36,846 nucleotides of DNA from a virus (taxonomy: Duplodnaviria; Caudoviricetes). Where the stretch lies: positions 1-36,846 of IMG/VR virus record IMGVR_UViG_3300020381_000021; one strand, given 5' to 3'. This document shows, piece after piece, positions 25,742 to 35,400 of this stretch; within the stretch, counting starts at the first letter, position 1, and each line of letters starts with the position of its first letter. The notes under the pieces are model-generated. The model was not told where the DNA came from. It did not search any database and saw nothing but the letters and a program-made list of their open reading frames with translations. Made by a program: the position numbers and the translations under genes.

Positions 25742-26061
25742 TATCTTCGCTTTTTCTTTTTTGGTGCTGTTGCAGATTGGTATCCCCATAGTGCAGGTTT
25801 AATTGTACCCCTACCATAATCAATTGATTTTATACCTTTACCAAATTTATCATAATACATATCAAACAATTTAACTTTTGTACCTCTTGTTAAATCCTGA
25901 TGAACTGTATCATCAATTTCATATGATACAATCCAAGCATCTGATGGTGCATCAGTAATCATTACTTCTTTTGAAGAACCATTTTCAACTAAAATTTCAG
26001 TTCCATAAAGTTCTTTAAATGTTTCTTTTTCAGTTGATGACCATAAAGTTTTGTCTGTCAT
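25741..26061 (-). CDS. Conserved cyanophage hypothetical protein
   Basis: 106-aa ORF in operon context, with PSDA..V.Y...DL.R...V..FD.YYD and a basic C-terminus. Confidence 0.75.
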   Translation of the reverse strand: MTDKTLWSSTEKETFKELYGTEILVENGSSKEVMITDAPSDAWIVSYEIDDTVHQDLTRGTKVKLFDMYYDKFGKGIKSIDYGRGTIKPALWGYQSATAPKKKKRR

Positions 26062-26067
26062 TAATAC

Positions 26068-26673
26068 TTACCCCCTATTACCCCATTGAATATCTGAATA
26101 TGCTTCTGCAATAAGGTCTTTCGTAATTTTATATTTTGTTTGTAGTTGTTTATCTTTACATAAGACAATTATCTCTGCTTCTAATGGATGTAGTCCCTCT
26201 AAAATATTAATAAACATTGTTTCCCTACGAATATTTTTCATCGTATCATTACCACCTTTCACAAAGTGATAGAAATGTTTTGATTCTCTACGAATGGTAG
26301 TATGTCCTTGATCATCACTAAAACCTAAAGAAAAATTTCCCTTAGTATGCATTGATCTAATTTCTTCATTAATTTTACCAGTCAATCCACCAGTATATGT
26401 GTTTTGTTCATCATATCCAGAATAAGGTACTTGCCCTTCTGGAAGAATACTAACTACACTCTCATCAAAATTCCATATAAAAATAATTTTTAATGATATA
26501 TCTTCATATCTTCTTAGAACCTCAATTTTTTTTGCCTTTGTTCTTTGTCTTGAAACTAAATCTAATATCTCAAAGATAAAAGGATTTCTTGGTAAGTCAA
26601 GACTTATAGGTTTTTTAACGGTGACTGTTCTAGGTTTTTTAGTTTTAGTCGTCGTCTTCTTCGTTGCTGTCAT
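26068..26673 (-). CDS. Conserved T4-like phage hypothetical protein
   Basis: EILDLVS....KAKKIEVL...IWNFD..V.S.LPEG.VPY...RRETMFI..LEGLHP.EA; start set at ATG 26673. Confidence 0.75.
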   Translation of the reverse strand: MTATKKTTTKTKKPRTVTVKKPISLDLPRNPFIFEILDLVSRQRTKAKKIEVLRRYEDISLKIIFIWNFDESVVSILPEGQVPYSGYDEQNTYTGGLTGKINEEIRSMHTKGNFSLGFSDDQGHTTIRRESKHFYHFVKGGNDTMKNIRRETMFINILEGLHPLEAEIIVLCKDKQLQTKYKITKDLIAEAYSDIQWGNRG

Positions 26674-26866
26674 AATTTTCAAATCTAAATGCGACAATAT
26701 CGTCGGGAACTAAGTTCCCATTTTGATCAAACATCTCTGGATGAGGTCTTGGTATCTCTTGATAGTTCATCATGTAGTCTCTAATTAACCAACCAGCAAC
26801 AGCACCAACAGAAAATAGTAAGAATGCTATAGGAAGTGCAACAATTGTAATAAGTTCTGTATTCAC
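26645..26866 (-). CDS. Small membrane protein (DUF2973-like HPEMFD motif)
   Basis: GTG start with AGGAGG RBS; one transmembrane helix followed by HPEMFDQNGN. The track's longer start is less likely. Confidence 0.65.
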   Translation of the reverse strand: MNTELITIVALPIAFLLFSVGAVAGWLIRDYMMNYQEIPRPHPEMFDQNGNLVPDDIVAFRFENYDSNEEDDD

Positions 26867-26942
26867 AGTAACACCTCCTTTTTTGGGTTTATTAAGTATG
26901 AGCTCAACACCACGATTGACCTTGAGATCGCTTCTATTTATC

Positions 26943-27185
26943 TCAGACGTTGATAACTTTTTTTTCTTGGAGGAATTTGATTGAGTCAACACAACCTCCT
27001 AGTTTTTGACCATCAACAACGACTTGAGGGAAAGTAGACCCATCACCAAATTCATCGTAAAAAGATTTTTTATCAAAGTGTTCTCCCAAATTATACACCA
27101 CGTAACTAGTCTTTGTCAACTCTAAAACTTTTTTTATTTTTTCACAATATGGACATCCTTCCTTTGAATAGACTGCAAAATTCAT
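26943..27185 (-). CDS. nrdC: Glutaredoxin
   Basis: CPYC active site, TFPQV and GG motifs. Confidence 0.92.
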   Translation of the reverse strand: MNFAVYSKEGCPYCEKIKKVLELTKTSYVVYNLGEHFDKKSFYDEFGDGSTFPQVVVDGQKLGGCVDSIKFLQEKKVINV

Positions 27186-27204
27186 ATGCCTGTTAAAATT
27201 ATAT

Positions 27205-28890
27205 TTATTTGTTTTTAGTAATTAAGAAATTGTTAATTATTAGGTAATCCAAATCTATATTGTTAAAGGTATCAACCGCATCTTGAGGTGTCTCAATAAT
27301 CGGTTGACCATTGTCATTGAAAGATGTATTCAGAAGAATAGGACAACCAGTTTTTTCATTATACTTTTGTAAAAGTGTAGTAACTTCTGGATGTAGTTGA
27401 TCATTTACAGTTTGTATACGACAACTAAAGTCTTTATGAGTTATCGCACCGAGTTGTCTTCTCTTATGTGGTCTCACTATCAATGAGTACAACATATACT
27501 CATTCGGATATGTATCCATAAAATATTCTTCCTGATACTCTTCAAGCATGATACCTGCGAAAGGTCTCCACTCCTCACGATGTTTAATACGTTTATTAAT
27601 TGTATCTTTATTCTTCTGTGGAGTTGGATTCATCAGTATTGATCTTGAACCAAGTGCTCTCGGACCGAACTCAGATCTGTTCTGGAACCATCCTATAATC
27701 TTATTGTCTGCAAGATATCCTGATACCACATCACATAACTCATTAAAGTCATCATACTTTTTATATTCTGTATCGACAAGTGCATCTTCAATCTCAGTAT
27801 CATCATAAGTCTTACCAAGAAGAGAAATATTATGTGGTAATTTTACAACCTCTTTACTTTTAAATAAACCAAGAGCAGCAGCACCGAATGATAGTCCTGT
27901 GTCGTCTGGAAATGGTGGTATATGTATATTCTCTACTACATTATTTTTACGCAGCACAGAGTTAGCAAGGATGTTTAGAAAGACACCACCAGCAAGACAA
28001 AGGTTATCATTGATATAATCCTTCTCTTTTAATTCTTTTATGTACTCAAGCATTGCATTTTCAAAGTTGTATTGAAGTTGCTTTGCCTTGTTCTCTGGTG
28101 ATAGATTACCATAGTTAAAGTCACGACCAGGAAAAGATTCGAGTGCAACCTGTGGTATGCCTTCAAAATGAGTTCTATAGTCCTTCTTAAACTCTTTGAT
28201 GTTTCCATAGGCAGAGAGTCCCATAACCTTACCACAGAAGGTTTCACGATACTTTGGATCAGTGAGTTGTATATCTTTCTGTATTTTGTTTACATAGATA
28301 TGATATGCCCACATCCAATAGTAGTTTCCTAAATTATTTGTCTGAGGTATGCCAGGATAATATTTGAATAGACCTTTCTTCTTATTGAAGTATCCAAATG
28401 AATGATTCTCACAAGCAAATATTTGTCCTGTTGTATCAAACAAAACTGACCCTGCATTATCTAATGTGACAAATGATCCTTCATTATAATCACAAGAGAA
28501 TACAGAAGAGTAGGCATGGCACAGATGATGTGATGCAATTTCAATTTTTGCTTTGGGAAAATATCTTCTGACTTTCTTTTCAACTGTCTTATTAATATAA
28601 TTCTTATAGAACTGTTGATTGGCCATTGATGGAATAATTACAACATCAATATCATTCTTATCTAAGTTTGCAGCAGACAAACAATACTCTATGGACTTTC
28701 GTGGGAAGTTTCCATCATATTTAATCTTAGTTAATCTCTCTTCACTAATACTGACACAGTGCTCACCGTCCTTAATCAAAGTCACACTCGCACCGTGTGT
28801 CCAAGAGTCTTCTGATTGTTTCAGTAATTTAGGATTGTCAGAAATTAAAACATTCCAACCAATCGCACCATAAAGTCCAACTACATTCAT
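27205..28890 (-). CDS. Carbamoyltransferase (NodU/CmcH/TobZ family)
   Basis: ISEERL..IK, HH.CHAYS, GKVMGLSAYG, LAGGVFLN, EFGPRALG.RS, KHRE.WRPFA and LNTSFN motifs. Confidence 0.93.
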   Translation of the reverse strand: MNVVGLYGAIGWNVLISDNPKLLKQSEDSWTHGASVTLIKDGEHCVSISEERLTKIKYDGNFPRKSIEYCLSAANLDKNDIDVVIIPSMANQQFYKNYINKTVEKKVRRYFPKAKIEIASHHLCHAYSSVFSCDYNEGSFVTLDNAGSVLFDTTGQIFACENHSFGYFNKKKGLFKYYPGIPQTNNLGNYYWMWAYHIYVNKIQKDIQLTDPKYRETFCGKVMGLSAYGNIKEFKKDYRTHFEGIPQVALESFPGRDFNYGNLSPENKAKQLQYNFENAMLEYIKELKEKDYINDNLCLAGGVFLNILANSVLRKNNVVENIHIPPFPDDTGLSFGAAALGLFKSKEVVKLPHNISLLGKTYDDTEIEDALVDTEYKKYDDFNELCDVVSGYLADNKIIGWFQNRSEFGPRALGSRSILMNPTPQKNKDTINKRIKHREEWRPFAGIMLEEYQEEYFMDTYPNEYMLYSLIVRPHKRRQLGAITHKDFSCRIQTVNDQLHPEVTTLLQKYNEKTGCPILLNTSFNDNGQPIIETPQDAVDTFNNIDLDYLIINNFLITKNK

Positions 28891-29792
28891 GATTCTTTAT
28901 CAACTGCCTCTACAATTTTATCAAAGTCAAATATATCATCATCCTCATCTACATATGGATACTCTGCTTCTTGACCAGTAAAATCAAAGTCAAACAATAC
29001 ACTATTAGGTAACTTTAGTTTTGCAGGTTTCTTTGCCTGTATATTTGTATGCATGTCCCATCCAAATACTTTTGGACTTGTACCATTCCACAATACAACT
29101 GATGGTAATTTAAGTGCAGCAGCAGCATGTTGCAAACAACTATCAATTAATATTCTTTTATCACTATGAAGTAAAAGACTTACTAACTCCATATTACTCA
29201 TTGGATCTTTGATTGCCTCCACACCATCTAAGATTTCACTTGAGGGTTTTGTAACTTGAAATATATGATAGTCTTTCTCATAATGATCGACAAGTTTTTG
29301 TGCCAGAACCACTGGCATATCTCTTGCCCATAGGTATGGTCTTTGTTCTTGATACATACCACCATTGGTTTGTATCACCATAATTGGTTTACCGTTTGCC
29401 CGACTTGGCCAAAAATCTTTAGCACCCTTTCTCTGTAAGGGATTGAATTTTATCTGTGGCATCTCCCCATTATATTCAAGATTATACATCTTGCACCAAG
29501 ATTGTACAAGAGGGAGTTTTTTATTTACATGATCGGTTGTAAAGTATGGTTCATTAGCAAAGATTAATGAATCCATATCATCAACATAAGTTTGATAATA
29601 ATAACTTGTTCCTCCATGTTGATACACTCGATCTACAAATGGAAGATTTTGATATATTTCAGTCCAAACACCAGTAACTATCAACTCCCGACTAGGGAAG
29701 TTGTTTTTAATACACTTTGCAACTGCTGTAGCAGCACAGTGTTTTCCAAATCCACCTTGTAAATGAAACAAGCAATATTTTTTTTGTGGCAT
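28887..29792 (-). CDS. Glycosyltransferase, GT9 (heptosyltransferase)-like GT-B fold
   Basis: N-terminal GGFGK (GG.GD-like) motif, C-terminal IDSCLQHAAAALKLPSVVLW..T.P..FG typical of GT9. Confidence 0.75.
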   Translation of the reverse strand: MPQKKYCLFHLQGGFGKHCAATAVAKCIKNNFPSRELIVTGVWTEIYQNLPFVDRVYQHGGTSYYYQTYVDDMDSLIFANEPYFTTDHVNKKLPLVQSWCKMYNLEYNGEMPQIKFNPLQRKGAKDFWPSRANGKPIMVIQTNGGMYQEQRPYLWARDMPVVLAQKLVDHYEKDYHIFQVTKPSSEILDGVEAIKDPMSNMELVSLLLHSDKRILIDSCLQHAAAALKLPSVVLWNGTSPKVFGWDMHTNIQAKKPAKLKLPNSVLFDFDFTGQEAEYPYVDEDDDIFDFDKIVEAVDKES

Positions 29793-29813
29793 AATAAAGT
29801 ATTATGATATAAG

Positions 29814-30158
29814 TTAGAAAGGAAGTGCCTTGTCTACGTGTGTTGGTGTAGGAGGTGTCTTAACGGAATTAATCCAAGACTCTTGATTTACTTTTGTATT
29901 GGAAGCAGTAAGTGCATCTGAAACTTCAGTCCATGCAAGAATTGCAGACTGTGAAAGACTTTCATAAGCAACAAATCCTGCTGTTGAAGGTGTGATGCCA
30001 GTTGTTGTGATACCAATAACGTCAGATCCTTCAATAGTAAGATTAGTTGGATCAGAATCATCAACAGAAACAGTTTTTACTTCTACTTCTGAAACAATGT
30101 TATCAGAGTTATTGACGATTGTCAATCCCACTACTGATTGTGTATGTGTAATTGCCAT
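29814..30158 (-). CDS. Small fiber-associated protein (possible assembly chaperone)
   Basis: 114 aa with FVAYESL....IL.W and terminal LPF, a pattern common next to phage fiber genes. Confidence 0.55.
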   Translation of the reverse strand: MAITHTQSVVGLTIVNNSDNIVSEVEVKTVSVDDSDPTNLTIEGSDVIGITTTGITPSTAGFVAYESLSQSAILAWTEVSDALTASNTKVNQESWINSVKTPPTPTHVDKALPF

Positions 30159-30183
30159 TTTAAATTTTTACTTTATGTTTTAT

Positions 30184-31098
30184 TTATTGTGAAAACAGGT
30201 TGTATGTGTTTTCATTTTTAGTTTGTGGTGCAATAATTTGAGTCTGAGGTAGATTACTTACAACCTGATAATCGTTCCAAAATTCAAGATTTTTCTTATT
30301 ACTATTATATAGTTCAATTATTGAAGAAGGAAGAATCTTAGATGGATCTGATGAAGTCTTTTCTAATTTAGAATGAACCTCATGCATATCACCTAAACCA
30401 TAGGTTGTAATATCATCCTCACGATGTTCATTTGATAAATTATCAAACGTATGTTCAAATGATTCTTCACCTAAGAATTCATAAATTTCATTTAGTTGAC
30501 CTTGTGGATCTGTGATCAAATCATTATAGTCTACATAATGAAATTTGTCACCATGCCCTTCATCAACTCCCAATTTAGTCGCATTCAATGACTCATAAAC
30601 AATACCATCATTATTTAAAAGATGTTGACAACGAGTCTCATCATTGATTGGTATGTTTGCTTTTACTAGATATTCATCTACAAAATTAATTCTTGGTTGT
30701 CCATCCTGAAATGGATTTCGTTTAATCATCTTAAGAATCGATGCTAATATCTCATCAACTCTTCGAACTGGCACAATTATCTTTGCTTCTTGTTGAATAT
30801 ATCCTTCAATAAAAGGTACTCTCGCACACCAAGCACGATTCTTATCTATAACAACTGGTTGATCTATGTCACTATACCAATTCTCAATAATTGATCCAAT
30901 AATTTTGTTGACAGAATCTGGTTTTGGATATCCAGTATAAAGTTCATTACCTATGAAATTATCATGAGTTGCATACATCGCACCAAGCACAGGACTTGAA
31001 GGTCCTGAATAAAGTCTTGGGTTTTGATTTAATAATGTAGATAATAAAGTACTTCCTGCTCTCGGAAGACCTGCCATAAAATAAAATTTTTTAATCAT
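30184..31098 (-). CDS. PAPS-dependent sulfotransferase family protein
   Basis: 5'-PSB loop FMAGLPRAGSTLL, DKNR.W, 3'-PB-like VR.V.EILAS, and VDYNDL..DP......IY.FLG. Confidence 0.88.
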   Translation of the reverse strand: MIKKFYFMAGLPRAGSTLLSTLLNQNPRLYSGPSSPVLGAMYATHDNFIGNELYTGYPKPDSVNKIIGSIIENWYSDIDQPVVIDKNRAWCARVPFIEGYIQQEAKIIVPVRRVDEILASILKMIKRNPFQDGQPRINFVDEYLVKANIPINDETRCQHLLNNDGIVYESLNATKLGVDEGHGDKFHYVDYNDLITDPQGQLNEIYEFLGEESFEHTFDNLSNEHREDDITTYGLGDMHEVHSKLEKTSSDPSKILPSSIIELYNSNKKNLEFWNDYQVVSNLPQTQIIAPQTKNENTYNLFSQ

Positions 31099-31116
31099 TC
31101 TAATTATAATAAAGTT

Positions 31117-31497
31117 TTAGCTGATACCATTAATAGCTTGGTGTAAAATAAATTCATTTTCAGTTTTTGTACTTGAAATTCCAACCGATAACCACTCACT
31201 GATTTTTGTCGCATCTACATTATAGTAGCTTGTGTAATTACTGTCAAGTGTTGAGATTCCAACAGCATCTAAAGAGTAATCCTTGGTCGTTGTCGTTGCT
31301 ATTGATGTTGAAGTATCAGTTGTTGCTACAGAAATATTTACATTTATAATTACTTTATCTGGTTGAGATGTATCTTCTTCAATATCACCGAATGGAATTG
31401 TATTAAAATTTTTATATGGATTATTATCACCCCATGATTCAAATGCAGGTTTTGTTACATTTACAAAATTGATAGTGCAAGTATGGATATAACTCAT
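31117..31497 (-). CDS. Hypothetical protein, possible distant paralog of 29814-30158
   Basis: 126 aa with a similar N-terminus (I.HT..) and GI(S/T)T...Y......I..W C-terminal pattern. Confidence 0.6.
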   Translation of the reverse strand: MSYIHTCTINFVNVTKPAFESWGDNNPYKNFNTIPFGDIEEDTSQPDKVIINVNISVATTDTSTSIATTTTKDYSLDAVGISTLDSNYTSYYNVDATKISEWLSVGISSTKTENEFILHQAINGIS

Positions 31498-31511
31498 AAT
31501 TATTTTTTGAA

Positions 31512-31519
31512 TATTTATA
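31512..31519 (-). promoter_or_regulatory. T4-type late promoter TATAAATA
   Basis: Exact match overlapping the stop of the Gly-rich gene, just upstream of the 31497 gene and the modification enzymes. Confidence 0.7.
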
Positions 31520-32438
31520 CGTCAGCAGAATTATCTGGATAACTTCTACTTGCTGTTCCTGATTGATCGGCACCCCAAATAATTCTAACGGCTCCTTGTC
31601 CACCATCACCACCATTTGCTGCAGTATCATCCTCTGCTCCACCACCTCCACCACCGTAGGCTCCTCCATCTCCTCCAGACTGTCCACCAGATCCACCAGA
31701 TCCACCACCACCAGGACTGTTAGTATTTCCATATGAACCGTTTGATCCTTTAACTACGATACCAGTTCCTCCTCCACCATTATTTTGAGTTCCAGGATTA
31801 GCTTGACCACCTCCTCCTCCGCCGCCACCATTAGAACCAGATGTTGCACCGTAGTTGGAATTACTATATCCACCAGTACCACCATTACCACCATATCCGC
31901 CAGCTCCTCCTCCTCCGCCACCGCCATTATTATTCATTGATCTTCCACCTGTACCACCAGATCCACCAACATATCCACTTGCTCCCGTGGTTCCACCTCC
32001 AGAACCACCAGTTGCTTGACCGTAAATACCATAACTTCCACCACTTCCCTGACATATAGTAGTACCGCTTCTAGCAACACTTGATAATCCACCAGCAGTT
32101 CCATTCATAGATGTAGCACCAGCTCCACCACCTCCTACAATTACCGTCAAAGTTTCACCAGCAGTGACTGAAACTCCGTTTATATAACAAAGTCCACCAC
32201 CACCTCCTCCAGCTCCAGAATAAGATGAAGATCCATTAGTATATGAGGCTCCTCCTCCACCACCAATGGCACATATATTCACATAGGTTACTCCAGAAGG
32301 AACAGTCCAATTTGTAGTTCCTACAGTTGTGAATAATTGTTGTCCTGGTGTCGCACTACCACCACCTCCACCACCACTTGAAGCAGTGGAAGATGAAGCA
32401 GGTCCTGACATTCCAAGTAGTGATATAAAAGGAGACAT
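31515..32438 (-). CDS. Glycine-rich virion/fiber-associated protein
   Basis: WTVPSGVT.V....IGGGGG...GGGGG...GGQGAVRIIW; polyglycine-II-type domain seen in phage adhesins. Confidence 0.75.
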   Translation of the reverse strand: MSPFISLLGMSGPASSSTASSGGGGGGSATPGQQLFTTVGTTNWTVPSGVTYVNICAIGGGGGASYTNGSSSYSGAGGGGGGLCYINGVSVTAGETLTVIVGGGGAGATSMNGTAGGLSSVARSGTTICQGSGGSYGIYGQATGGSGGGTTGASGYVGGSGGTGGRSMNNNGGGGGGGAGGYGGNGGTGGYSNSNYGATSGSNGGGGGGGGQANPGTQNNGGGGTGIVVKGSNGSYGNTNSPGGGGSGGSGGQSGGDGGAYGGGGGGAEDDTAANGGDGGQGAVRIIWGADQSGTASRSYPDNSADV

Positions 32439-32439
32439 A

Positions 32440-35400
32440 TTATGCGAAGTTTACGGTATTAGCTAAGACTATGTAAGCTGCATTTCCAGTCTTAATTATA
32501 TTATAAGTATTGATATCATATCCACCTGCACCTGCACTACTTGGTGCACTTCCACCCAACCATTCTTCTGTTTGAGCAACTCCATCAATTGTTAACTCTG
32601 CATAATATCCAGCACCATTTGGTTTTGATATTATAACAACTGTCATACTATCTCCAGTGCTTAACATGCTATTAATTCCCACATTAGATACAATGTTAGG
32701 TGTACCAGTTGTTGTTTCGTTTGTTGAGAAGTAAAAAACGTTTCCATTATCAATATTAATTTCAGTTGCAGCACTTAATTTATTTGCAACTATATGAACT
32801 CTCTCAGATATACTTCCCTTCACACCGAGTTTTGTTCCACTCGTAGTCTGTCCAATCGAAACTGTATCCTGACCAAAGGCACCCATTGACACACTACCAT
32901 CAGCATCATAATTAATGGCTGGTATACCACTGATATCTGATACAGAGAATAATGATCCTGATGAAAGATTATTTGTCACAGAGAATAGTGATCCCTCACT
33001 TCCCTGAATATCAAGAGCCGCAGAATCAGTAGCGGCAGTTCCAGTATTTACAGAGAGTTTTGCATCAGTTCCAGTTGTTCCAATACCTATGCTTCCACTT
33101 AGTTTTATAACACTAAAGTTAGATGTTCCTGTTGTGTCTATTCCTGCGATACCACCACCGCCACCAGAGATACCAGTTAGTGCAGAACCATCACCATATA
33201 ATTTGTATGCAGATACAATACCAACAGACAACTTAGCAGTGTTACCAACTCCGACAGGAATTTCAGGATTGGTGGTTCCAATACCTACGTTAAAATTATT
33301 ATTACCTACAATCCAACGATTTGTGTTATTACCAATTGCTAATTGACTATCTCCACTAACTACTGGTAACTGAACTCTTTCACCGATTGCGACGTTACAC
33401 TTACCACTAAGATTATCTTGACCTGCATAAGATCCAATGAATGTATTACGTGCTCCAGTACAGTTACATTTACCTGCATTATATCCACCAAAAAAGTTTG
33501 ATATTCCAGATGTTATACATTTACCTGCATTAGCTCCAAATGCAACGTTATAAGAACCAGATACTGCAGCACCACCCATTGCCAGGTTACCTATGGCGAT
33601 GTTTTTACCAGCTGTGCAGTTACATTTTCCAGCATAAGCACCAAGGAAAATATTATGAGTAGCTGAGATGACACATCTACCTGCTAAATGACCTATCAGA
33701 ACGTTACATGCAGCACTTGTTGCACCAGTTGCAGTCTGATTACCAATCATTACGTTGTTGTTACCAGTTGCAGTCGTGGCAAGATCACCACCAAGAGTTC
33801 CAGTTCCCATGGCAATGTTGCCTTGACCAGTGGTTAGTCCCTGTGCTGCAATTCTTCCGAATAATATGTTATAACTACCCGAAGTGATGTCTGTACCAGC
33901 ATTCTTACCAATCGTAATATTTTGTTGACCAGTGACAACACCAGTTCCTTGTGCCCCACAACCAATCGCAATATTCTCAGAACCAGTGGTTAAATTAGCA
34001 CCTGCCGTCTGACCAATTATGACATTTCGACTACCCTCTGTTAAATCAAAACCAGCTGTACAACCAAGAATAATATTCTGAGCACCAGAAGTTATACATT
34101 TACCAGTTTGATCACCGATTGCAATGTTAGCTTCACCAGTAAGATCAGCACCACTTCCTCCATACTGTCCTATGAAGACGTTACCAAGACCAGAAGTTAT
34201 CCTGCAACCAGCTTTATATCCTACTGTAGTGTTGCGGTTTCCAGTAACAACTTTTCCACCACCAGCGTATGATCCAACAAATGTATTGTAACATGCACTT
34301 TGAACACATGAACCTGCTCTATGTCCAACACCAGTATTCATGTCAGAATTTCCAGAACAACCAAGATTTTTTAGTGCTGAATTACCAACTGCTGTGTTTT
34401 TACTACCAGAACATGCACCCATTCCTGCATAAGAACCAAAGAAGGAATTATAACTACCAGATCTAAAGTCTCTTGCTGCTTGATGACCAACAGCTGTGGT
34501 TGTTTTGGCAGATGTTACACAACAACCTGCATTCATACCAATTAAAATATTTCTACAACCATCAGTTATTTTTGCTCCTGCATATTTTCCAATTGCAACG
34601 TTCTCGTTTCCTGGATTACCACTTGTTCCTGTTAAACCAGTAAGAGCACTATATCCAATACCAACGTTGAAACAAGTGTTAGAATCAGAGGCTGCACCAG
34701 CACCTGTTCCTGCATATAAGTTCTCTTGTGCGTCTGGATTGAATCCAGCAAGACCACTTAGGTTAGAACCATCACCATAAAGTTGATAGGCAGATAGAAT
34801 ACCAACACTTAACTTGGCAGTGTTACCAGCACCAACAGCAGCATTAGGATTAGTTGTTCCAATACCAACATTCATATCACTATTACCAGTGATCCAATAA
34901 TCCGTAATTGCAGAGTTATATGCTTGAGCAACACCAATTGCTAACTGATTGTCACCATCTAGAATAGGAGCATTTACACGACAACCTAAAATAATATTAT
35001 TCGAACCTCCTGTCATACAGAATGCTGCCTTACATCCTATGGCAATATTCCAATACTCAGTTGAAGTAATATTACATCCTGCACCTGATCCAATATAAAT
35101 GTTGTTAGCGGCACCCGTATTTTTATATCCTGCATCTGATCCTATAAAGATGTTTTGCTGACCAGAAGTATTACATCTACCAGCATTATGACCAATCATG
35201 ATGCCATAATTACCAGTATTATTTCCAAGACCACCAGCATACCTACCAATAAATACTTGACATTCTCCACTTTGTGAACACTTACCTGCCCCATCACCAA
35301 TTATAACGTTATAATCACCATTACCTGTTTTTACTTTACCTGCACAACAACCAATTAAAATATTATTGTCGGAATCTGAGTTAAGATTACAACCTGCACA

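Noticed and set aside
31515-32438. GC-richer CCA/CCT triplet runs as a repeat array or foreign DNA
   Set aside because: Fully explained by glycine codons of the Gly-rich protein.
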